A stretch of 64,000 nucleotides of DNA from assembly GCA_965113315.1 (NCBI GenBank), contig OZ220367.1; one strand, given 5' to 3'. Source of the DNA: Podarcis vaucheri. Its lineage: Eukaryota. The notes under the pieces are model-generated. The model worked only from the letters and a program-made list of their open reading frames with translations. It did not search any database and was not told the origin of the DNA. The translations under genes were made by a program, and so were the position numbers. Shown here one piece after another: positions 33,401-43,100 of this stretch; position 1 is the first letter of the stretch; each line of letters opens with the position of its first letter.

Positions 33401-35365
33401 ATGGTAGTTGTAGTTGAAAACAACTGGAAGGCACCATGTTGTCTATTCCTGTTTTACAGAATCCCCACTTGAGGGCCCCTGCATTATGGTTTGACGAGGT
33501 GTACTGAGATATTAATGAAAAAGAGTGTGAAAAGAGAAATCCATGCACATTCCCACCTACTGGGTATACCACTTCTCTTGAAGGTGCCACCAAACTCAGC
33601 TGTCCTGTGTATTTCCCAGTCTTTTCTGTTTTCGCTTCAGGCAAATTGAAAATTTGTTTTAATTTCCAAAATCTGAGCTTCATGGGCCCTTGGAGGATGT
33701 AGCAATTTAATATTAAATGTTGAACCAACTAAATGAACCCCAGGAAGAAGTGGAGAATGAAACAATTCCGATAAAATTATGCACTTCTAAATCATACTGG
33801 TTTGAAGGTGATATTTTAGGATGTACTACATATTCTTTACTACCACCCCTGCTAAGTACACTGATCAGATGGGATATAGCAGGGTCTAATTAGGAACCTG
33901 GGGGTCATGGCAGAGAGCTCAATGAAATTATCAGTACGTTGCAGTGAATAAGACAGCTTCAGATGATAAAGAAATGGACTGAAATGAAAACTGAGAGTAC
34001 CACAATGTCCTTACACAATACATTATAGCTTAGTCGGTAGAGAACGCAATTCTTAATCTCAGGGTTGTTGGTTTGAGCCCCACCTTGGGCAAAGGTTTCC
34101 TGCATTGCAGCAGGTTGGACTACGTTGTCCCTTCAAACTCTATAATTCTGATTCTGTGATCTATGGTGTTGCCACATTTAGAATGTTGTGTACAGCTTTA
34201 GCTGTAGATCGAAAAGGATGTTGTAGAGGTAGAAACAGTGCAGAAAAGGGAGCATATTTCCATCACTAGTTACATCAGAGAAAGTATTCTATTGAATCCC
34301 AGTTACTGGGCTATTGCCTTCAGGCTCTGTTCAGGGACATGATGTTTGCAATTTGGTAAGTGGGGTGGTGGGACACGGGTGGTGCTGTGGGTTAAACCAC
34401 AGAGCGTAGGACTTGCCAACCAGAAGGTTGAAAATTCGAATCCCTGCGACGGGGTGAGCTCTCGTTGCTCAGTCCCTGCTCCTGCCAACCTAGCAGTTTG
34501 AAAGCACGAAGTGCAAGTAGATAAATAGGTACCGCTCTGGTGGGAAGGTAAATGGCATTTCCATGCACTGCTCTGGTTCGCCAGAAGCGGCTTAGTCATG
34601 CTGGCCACATGACCCGGAAGCTGTACGCCGGCTCCCTCGGCCAGTAAAGCGAGATGAGCGCCGCAACCCCAGAACTGTGGTGAGAAGGGGCCATTTCGTA
34701 ACCTTTGGCTTCCACCCACAGGTCAAACGAGAGTTACAACAGAGCCTCAGCAGAAAAGAAACAAACAACCCTTTTGTTTTGGGCAATTGTCAAGTTTAGA
34801 TAATAATTATTAATCATTAGCCCGCTGGTCGCCAATGGTGACTCCCTCCGCCCTCCCCCCAAATCTCACGTGCAGCTCTGCAAACAGACTATTGCCTGCC
34901 TCACTTCAAAGGCCATTTATGGGGGGCTGTTCCACGTGTCTTCCCCACAGGGCACGTGATTCCCTTCAAGAAGAGGGAAGCAAAGGGGCCTGGTGCCAGG
35001 GGCGGCTCTTGCCTGCCATACGCCCGGGGTAGGGGGGTGGGCTTTGGTTTCTTGGCGGAAAAGCAGGCAGGAGCGCCCAGCACGACCTCATAACCCCGAG
35101 GAGGCGCCTCCTGGACGGGGCGGGGGGTGCCGCGCTTTGGTTTGAGTTGAGGTCACCTTGCCGAGGTCTGCGAGCGCCAGGCAAAAGCAGCCCCTCGCTC
35201 CCCCGGAGCGCGCTCTCGCAAGCCCAGCAGAACGCGCCCAGCCCCGCCGCCGCCGCCCCTCGTCGGCCTGTACGCACCCCCGGCGCTCATGGCTCGGATG
35301 GAGGCGGGCGCCGTGGCCCGCACAGCTCGCGGGAAGAGCCGGAGGAGCAGCAGCCTGGTCGCCAT
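30375..35365 (-). CDS. Cytochrome c oxidase subunit 5B family paralog (COX5B-like / cox5b2-type), 4 exons, 123 aa
   Basis: Exons 35365-35278, 32064-31994, 31564-31465, 30487-30375 (88+71+100+113=372 nt) splice via GT-AG to [126 protein letters not shown]5B hallmarks: [27 protein letters not shown], CxxCG. Strong Kozak context ccgccATGG. Confidence 0.95.
31465..31564 (-). CDS. COX5B-like exon 3
   Basis: ttttttctttataaag|[33 protein letters not shown](C)|gtaggt. Confidence 0.95.
31994..32064 (-). CDS. COX5B-like exon 2
   Basis: gttcttttcag|[24 protein letters not shown]|gtaagt. Confidence 0.95.
32318..32515. mobile_element. TA-TSD MITE family C, inverted, in COX5B-like intron 1
   Basis: TA|CAGTCATACCTC ... 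CAACCAGAGGTACCACTG|TA; homologous to the 15197 copy. Confidence 0.8.
34026..34165 (+). mobile_element. tRNA-Lys(CTT)-headed SINE with CR1-type tail
   Basis: TAGCTTAGTCGGTAGAG...TCTTAATCTCAGGGTT head, ttcctgcattgcag body, decayed attctrtg tail. Confidence 0.78.
34370..34673 (+). mobile_element. Sauria SINE, 3'-truncated
   Basis: Clearly homologous to the 7036 copy from the 5' end to ...gcaaccccaga; no ACCTTT tail. Confidence 0.88.
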
Positions 35366-35600
35366 GGCGGAGATGCGGGGATCCGACGGCGGAGCAAGGT
35401 CAGCCAGCCTTGCAGCTGTCGCCGGCGCTCACGGGAGGCGGCCACTCCCACCAGAGGGAGGGGCAGCGGGCCACCGCCGGCAACACCAGCCCGAAGCGGG
35501 GCTGAGCGCCCCCAGGCTCAGGGCTGTGGGTCATTCATGGGCCTCCCCCCCCCCAAGTTTTCGCCAGCTTGGTGCTCCCCCCATCGTGAAGAGCACGACT
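34820..35600 (-). promoter_or_regulatory. CpG island / promoter and intron-1 regulatory region of the COX5B-like gene
   Basis: Abrupt GC- and CpG-rich stretch; GC box 35117-35126; CAAGGTCA 35395-35402; TGAGGTCACCTTG 35148-35160; CACGTG at 34867, 34933, 34953. Confidence 0.8.
35278..35365 (-). CDS. COX5B-like exon 1 (mitochondrial presequence)
   Basis: [29 protein letters not shown], Arg-rich with no acidic residues; donor G|gtgcgt; lies in CpG island. Confidence 0.9.
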
Positions 35601-35610
35601 CCCATCATCC

Positions 35611-36050
35611 CATACCTGCCAACATTTCTCCGGTGACAACAGGGACGTCCCATTTCATAAGGATAATTTTACTATTTATACCCCACACATCTTACTGGGC
35701 TGCCCCAACCTATAGCTGTCAACTTTCAGATTTGAAAATAAGGGATCAGCAGCCTCACCTGTCCCGGGGACAGTCTACGGGATATCTAACATCCGGGGAA
35801 GCAGCGCTGGAATAAGGGAATTTCCCACAAAAAAAGGGAAGGTTGACAGCTATGCCCCAGCCGCTCTGGGCAGCTTCCAACATATATGAAAACGTAATAA
35901 AATATTAACTCCATACCCTCCAAGATTTCTCCCAATGGAAATAGGGCCGTCCTAAAGAAAAGCGGGATGTTCCCGGGATCAAAGCAGAAACCAGGACGGC
36001 TTCACTACATCAGGGACGTCCCTGGAAAACGGGGACACTTGGAGGGTCTG
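35611..36050. mobile_element. Cluster of nested small elements (hAT-type MITEs and a retroelement 3' tail)
   Basis: MITE 35711-35854 (tatagctgtcaac / gttgacagctatg, TSD ccccaacc / ccccagcc) splits a tail fragment like that at 21210-21290; cataccctccaag ... cttggagggtctg at 35912-36050. Confidence 0.65.
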
Positions 36051-37113
36051 TCATCCCCAGTGTCTGGAGGTTACCAGGCTGGGGAAGGCTTGGTTAACCC
36101 AAGGAATGGAGGAAGGGGGGGGGGGATTTGCAATGCAGCACCTGCGCAGAGGCAAGAGCCAGGAAGGGTTGCACCAGTGCTTTCTTTCTAGAAAAATAGG
36201 TGCTGGTACTCACAAAGAAGTTGTTACAGTAAGTGCCACACTTTTTAACAGGAGGTGACAGTTATCTGTTTCAGAAGATGAGCAACCGCCTCCAAAATTG
36301 GTCTTAGAACTCAGGTATGTCGGTGTGGAATAAGATGACCCTTACTGGGTGTTTCACATGGCAAGAGGGCTCACAGAACAGTTTGCTATGAAATACAGCT
36401 AGGGCCAGAGAAAATGACAAGTCAAAGGTCTCCCCACTTAAAAAACAAACAAAGTCATTCATGCTCCTTCACATCATATGGGAATTTAGGCAGGTGCACC
36501 TGTCCAAATGCTCAGAGCTTTGTTATTATCCTGCCCATATTAACTGTCCTATTTTCTACTCTACAGGAGTCTCACTCCTAAAAAAGACAGGCAATCCTTG
36601 ATCACACAACTACATGCTCCTTAAGTCACTAGGTCTTTTATAGTTGCAGTTGCACAGCTGCTCTTAGGGTTTCATAAATACAAGGTTATCAGATTAAAAT
36701 ATTTACATACAAAGTATTAATTGCATTTTATCATTTTATTAATGAGCCACCCAGTGAACACTGTTTTTGAGTGGCCTTATATATTATTAAAATAAAAATC
36801 AGAAAGAAAATTTCCTTTGTTTTTACTTTGAAAGTTACATTGCTGAACTGTGGCAGATTCTCCTCCATCTGTTGAGTTGTAGTCACCTGAAGATGAGTAT
36901 CTTAATACACTTTTGCTCACACAATAATATGAATTAAAATACTTTTAAGTGGATTACATACTTCCCTTTCCTCACATGCAAGCCTCTGCCCTTGTGTAGG
37001 CAGCCAGTAGAATAACTGTTGAACATTAACTTTAGGTTTGATATGGAAAGATGACTATTATAGGGAGATGGCTGCCAAAAGGAACAATTAAGCTATTTCT
37101 AGCTTGTAGGGTG

Positions 37114-37367
37114 AAGTTGAGGCTCCAATACTTTGGCCACCTCATGAGAAGAGAAGACTCCCTGGAAAAGACCCTGATGTTGGGAAAGATGGAGGACACA
37201 AGGAGAAGGGGACGACAGAGGACGAGATGGTTGGACAGTGTTCTCGAAGCTACAAACATGAGCCTAACCAAACTGCGGGAGGCAGTGGAAGACAGGAGTG
37301 CCTGGCGTGCTCTGGTCCATGGGGGAACGAAGAGTCGGACACGACTAAACGACTAAACAAACAAAAC
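37114..37367 (+). mobile_element. RTE/Bov-B LINE, 5'-truncated 3' end
   Basis: Encodes KLRLQYFGHLMRREDSLEKTLMLGK...RRRGRQRTRWLD...KSRTRLND*, short-repeat tail, TSD agcttgta(g/a)ggtg at 37101-37113 and 37368-37380. Confidence 0.92.
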
Positions 37368-38159
37368 AGCTTGTAAGGTGTTTGGATGGTGCATGAGTGA
37401 TTTTCTGGGGCAAAACATAGGGAGAAAAAACTAACTGGCATGGCGAACACTTGGCAATTCATGTAGTGAACCAGCAGTCAGAAATGGCTTGCTACATGGA
37501 GGCAGCTAAATTCAGTTATCCTAATGAATTGAGATATTCTAGCAGCTCCTTTTAATGCGTAAAACATACATAGGGAAAGCTTCTTATGAAGGATGGAAAA
37601 CATTTAAGGTCCAGTCAGGCTGCTCTTCTCTGTTCATTTGTAAATAATCATTGTTGGCACTACTCATGGGTTAGATCAAATCAGGGACTGCAAATTCACT
37701 GTGTGAATTCATGCTGTGAATTATAGCATGGCAGTAACAGTAGGCAAAGTGAAGAAATAGCATAATTGGCTTCAAGCATTAAAACAGGATGGGGTGTGTT
37801 TGCATCTCACATGCAGGATCTGAAGAGAGCAGCACAGAAGTAATAGGCCACCTTATGCACAGGTAAGAGGAAGTTGGCTGCATTGCATCTGCAGTGGTCC
37901 TGTTCGTTTTTTAATATGAAAAGTTAAGACATTTGATGGAGGCTTGGTCTAAATTGCTCAAAAGATCATATTGGTCTCACATTAAGCTTAGACTAAATTT
38001 AAAGCCAGCCATGGTGTTGTTCACATCCATTAAAAACCCTAAGTGGAGAAACACCATAGTATACTTTCCACAAGCTGTATTGTATTTCATATCTGTTGGT
38101 AAAACAAGAAGTTGCAAGAGAGGAGTGAGAGGCTTTCCACACACATTATTAACAGCAAC

Positions 38160-39883
38160 CAAAATTTAAACGACAATTTAATAGACCTTAAAACAGACTA
38201 TACGAGTATAAAACACTGGTTTTGTATTTCAAAAGTTGCAGGAAGAGAGCCAGGTCATTTTAAAACAGTTTTCTACAAAACATTTGCCAGTTGGTTACAT
38301 AAAAGACACTATATACAATATAAAAGCATAAAATAATCCACACTGTAAAAATAATTTAAAAACAAAATATTTTCATTTTAAAATATCTCCTATAGCACAA
38401 ATACATTTTGACATGCAAGCAAAGCTAAACATATTGCATTCTTTAGTGTAGTCTAGCAAGTTCTGCTATTTAGAACCTGGACCATGAGAAAACATGCCAA
38501 TGTTTTTCAGATGAACACAGAAGGCCATTCTTAACACTTTTTTATGCTATTGTTATGGAACAGATGTATTAATTGCTTAAAAAGGACAACCACTTTACAT
38601 ATTTCAAAATGGAATAAATATTAAAGCAATGTACATGAATGAATGATCAATAACTGGCAGAGCTCTCTTGGGATACGGCTGAAAAGTGGTTTCACAAATT
38701 AACATAAAACTTACTATTAAATACAGGGTGAGGAAACACATTGTGGAAGATGGAAACAATCTGCAGCTGGAAGTATGTGTGACATCCACTTTTAAAAGGC
38801 AGCCTTGAAGAAGCAGCATTGTGACCAATTTCTGTAGCTGCTTTTTGTATAATTCAGTACCAACACGTGGTATTAAGTTATCCAAAACAGAAGCCCGTCC
38901 TCAAACAGCATATTTTAAACTTATGCTTAAACTGAACTTTCTGTTTTATATTGGAAGTTTAAGTTTATCCTTTTAAGGGTTTGTGTTGGGTACAGAAGCT
39001 CTTTTGGAGACTGCTCCCATATCCTGAATATTATATACACACCTTCAGTACATTTACATATTCACATTTTGGCAGCATTCACAAAAGATTTTATACATTA
39101 AGTGCTAGCTTTGTATACTGACTTCCTGTTCCACCTACACTCTGTGTGTCGCAAAAAAGTTTAATGAGCTACTATTTAACTGAACACCATTTTGCTATAA
39201 TTTTGCAAGCCAATAGGCACTATTACATATCCACAGGAAGTTTTTTGTTTTACAGTAGCACTTTCTAATAATCAAAGTAGTCAGGGATTTCCAGGTATTC
39301 ACTATGATGCCTAATTTCAATATGCTCACATGCATTTCAACATGAAGACTAATGTTAGAAACATAGCTGCCATACTGACTTTTGGGGAAATACCAGTGTT
39401 AAACAGATTATGCAGTAACAGAGCTGGGGGGGGGGGGGAGGAGACTAAATAAATCAAAGTGTTACAAAGCAAGAGGCGTGGAAATACCATTCTTTGGTCT
39501 AGATTAGCTGTTCCCTTTATATTATATTAACATTCCAATGGCTTTTTCAAAACGGTTCACACAAAAAAAATGTTGAAATTTGTTAAGCAAAAATACTGTA
39601 TATGTACACACACACAGCTCACACAGATTAAACTTAATAAAAATGAATGAGTGACAGTAAAAAGATACTTAGTACCTTCAAAATTCAAAAAGATTAGTGT
39701 TGAGTGTGCCTTTATAGAATTTAATTGGAAAAGTTAGAAAACTATGCATGAAAATCTATTCTAGTTGCTTATAAACACTACATCCTTATATTTTCCTTGC
39801 TCTAAATTCAGTACACATTCATTCCAACATGCCAAAACTGCTAATGCTGGTGGGAAAGTTCCTGAAACCAGTCAGTAATTACT
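38160..39883 (-). promoter_or_regulatory. SIRT1: SIRT1 3' UTR (about 1.7 kb) with miRNA seed matches and ATTAAA poly(A) signal at 38177-38182
   Basis: AU-rich; terminal block (CAACTTTTGAAATACAAAACCAGTGTTTT...GTCTATTAAA) resembles the end of mammalian SIRT1 mRNA as I recall it. Confidence 0.8.
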
Positions 39884-40194
39884 TTATAGTTTGTCTGTCG
39901 AATGGTCAAATCCTACAGCTTCGTTTACCGACACAGACTCAGATTCCTGAAGCTCAATTCCATCTTCTCCATATCCATTCTCCTCTTCTCTGTCAGGAGT
40001 ATCTTCTTCTATACCGTTATAGAACTCTTCAATTTCACTCTCGTCTTCTATGTCTAAGCTTGGACTATGACAGGACCCACTATCGCTGCTACTTCCACAA
40101 GAGCTGGAGGATATGACATCATCTTCAGAGTCCGAGTATACCTCAGCACCATGGAAAATATAGCGATTTGGTGGTAAAAACAAGTATTGGGTAC
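39884..40194 (-). CDS. SIRT1: SIRT1 exon 9 (coding part)
   Basis: [26 protein letters not shown]...STDKL-TAA. Confidence 0.95.
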
Positions 40195-43100
40195 CTGAAA
40201 CATGTTTGATTAGCAAGAATAGTTATTTCAGCATTAATAATCCCAAGAAGTCCTAAATGTGATACATTAATGCTTATGGGTTGTCATTATTTTAAGCACT
40301 ACTGTTTCTAGGTAAGGAAATAGGTATACATAAAATTTATTACACTTTAATTTCACATGTTGTGGACTATGGAATCCCTTTTTAAATGCTCACTACACGC
40401 TGCTATGTGCTTAACTGGATTCAGCAACATATGAAGGCATTCACTATTCAGCACCCCCCTCCAAGTTTCTCACTGTACACATAATGTACACATTCCAATA
40501 TTGTCTCAAAGAAAGAGCTCCCTTCCACTCTCATTTACTGGTGGCCACAGTCAAAGATCTTGAGGGAAGGGAAGCAGTTATGAATGTGTAACTAATTTCT
40601 GTGGTTTAATTATGAAGTCTACAATCCACTTCTTTCCCTTCACTTTTCTCAAAGATACATCTTAATAAGCAATGACGTCAGACTGTGCCAATGACTGTTA
40701 TCAAAGAAATACAGCAATCGCTTCAGAGCTTACTGCCTAAAGGCTTATTAAAAGCAAGTTGACTGAAATACCATTTTTGATGGGCTGTGCAATTGAAAGC
40801 TACACTAAAAGGCCTGTACAACTCTTGGTATTGCTGCAACCTGTTCGTGCTGCAAGTCTCTCCCATTCCAGGCATCTAAATGAGATTTTGTTTTACTCAG
40901 AAAATCATATTTTTATCTCCAGTATACTATTAGACATTCTGAACTTGAGGAAAGCATACTGTTCTATATTAATACAATTTGTAATGCAAAAAACATATCC
41001 ATGCATCACATCTGGCAGACATGTACCAGAAGCTTGGTGCTGGTGTGCATACTACAACTTCTACAGGCAAGCTGCCACAAATACCAAGTCAATTTCTATA
41101 TGGCACTGCAAAAAAAAGAAGAAATTGGATGGTGTGGAGAAAACTCACATAGTCCATATAAGGAATGGTTGCATAGAAATAGCTTGGCACTGAAAACTAC
41201 TGCCATGTGCACCAATCCTTGTAAACTGAGGGGAAAACAAGTTCCCCAATTCTTTTCAGGTTTTTCTTGCAGCAATTTAGTTGATTTGGATGCTTAAAAG
41301 CAGTGGTAATAACAGAAGTCTGCATCTTAAAATTTGGGTTGGTTTAGATAATCCTTCAAACCTTGTTTTAGATTTTCAGGAGTGAGACTTTGCCTCACAT
41401 GTTCTCCCCGCCCCCGCCCCCTGCACTCAAGATCCCTTTTCTGCTTAAAGCAAAACTTAATTTTGTCATGATGTCCTAATCAGGCAAACAATGCTGCTCA
41501 AATGTGTAGAAGTAATTCCGAATCCTGCAAATCATGTTTGAGGATTACCTGAACTGACCCTTCCCCCTCTTGCTGCTTCTGGATTTTGTGAAAAGACGAG
41601 GGAGTGGGAAAGAAGAGAGAATAGGGGGAAGAGAAACAAAAGATGTGCATATTTCCTGTGGGGAGATGCAGGGGGGAAATATCCACAGGGATATGTAAAT
41701 TCCCCTCCCCTTCACACGACACACAGAAGTGCCATTTCCATTGCCACTTTTTAGATTGTGTGGGATCGCCCATAATGTACTTGGCAGCACAATCTTATAC
41801 ACGTCTTTTCAGAAGTAAGCCACATTGAACTCAATAATCCTTACCAGCCTGGAGTTGGTGTGAGGGTTAAGTGATGTCAGTGGGGCCAAGCTGGGATCCA
41901 GGGTATCCCTGGTTGGCTCAACCCCTCCCTGGCACATCCTGTTTGGGGGCTTTCCCCCAGTACAGCTGTTTTGGGCTGGGTGGAGGGATAGTGCTGCCCC
42001 TGTCACCCTACCTGTGGCAGATCAGAGGTCTGGACTGCAGCCTACTTGCTGAAACCAGTGGTAACCTATGTGATGCCAGTTATTGTGGACTACATCTCCC
42101 ATCATCCTTGACCAAGTCATGCCAAATGAAGGTGATGGGAGTTGACTTAAAGGCACTGCACAACTTCATCAAGTGTTTATCAGTGTTTCACGTCCGATCG
42201 CCTTTCTAGATTTGTTGCATTTTAGAACAAAACAAAGATTACTACATTGTTTTATTACAAATATCCTAATTTGGATTTTGCCCACAGCCATGGGTAGGAC
42301 CACCTTCAGGGACAAAGTGGGATATAATTATAAATAGATATCTCATTTCATATGGGTCTGACAATAGCTTTGTAAGGCAGAAAAGCAAAGAGATAAAACA
42401 AGTATATTAGAAATGCAGACATTCGTTTTGAAGGCATACAAAGTAAATTCAGTTCATATTGCCTACATGTAGTTTGAAAGCTTGCAAACATTTGAAGTAA
42501 TCAGCTGGTTCAGTCAGAGGAATTCTTTCATTTGTTCAAGATTTCCTATTGTACTGCACCAACATAAATCTAAGTATTTCTTATTGAAGTGGATGTACAT
42601 GTTTTCATTTCTCTGGTTGCAAGATCAGATCATTTTTACAAAATGCTCTTCACTATTGACTGAATTCCTTCAAAACAAAATTGCTGTGTTTAATACTTTG
42701 AAAGTATTGTTTAATTTGAATGTAGGTGTTTGCAAATTATTTAAGCACTTACCATCAAGCCGCTTGCTAATCTGCTCTTTTGCACATCTATTAACCCAAC
42801 ATTTTCTTAGTGTTTCAACAGATGTTTTTTCACTTCTCTCTTTGTTTTCCTCTTGGTTAGATCCATTTTCCTTCACATGTTCTGGGTTTTCTAGATGGTC
42901 AGAAAGACTTTCAACATTCTCTAAAGAGTTTTGAACTTCTTGAAATTTTTCTTCTACACAGTTCTCTTTAGACTCCAAGGAAGCATCAGAATTTCCTGCT
43001 TTATATTCAGAAGATTGCTCTGAACGTACCACCTGAGAATGTTGTGGTGCAATTCTTTCAGGTGAACTAGAATATTCAGAAATGTTTAGAGGAGTAGGTG

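Noticed and set aside
33557-33604. Possible 48-nt in-frame cassette exon ([16 protein letters not shown]) in COX5B-like intron 1, minus strand
   Set aside because: Phase fits (1/1) but the acceptor is purine-rich with no pyrimidine tract, the donor gtggga is weak, and the peptide has no COX5B similarity.
30375-35365. COX5B-like sequence as a processed pseudogene or NUMT
   Set aside because: It has three spliceosomal introns, an intact frame and a CpG-island promoter, and COX5B is nuclear-encoded.
35147-35815. 222-aa and other plus-strand ORFs over the 35 kb CpG island
   Set aside because: Stop-poor GC-rich shadow of the COX5B-like exon 1 that runs into transposon sequence; no recognisable domain.
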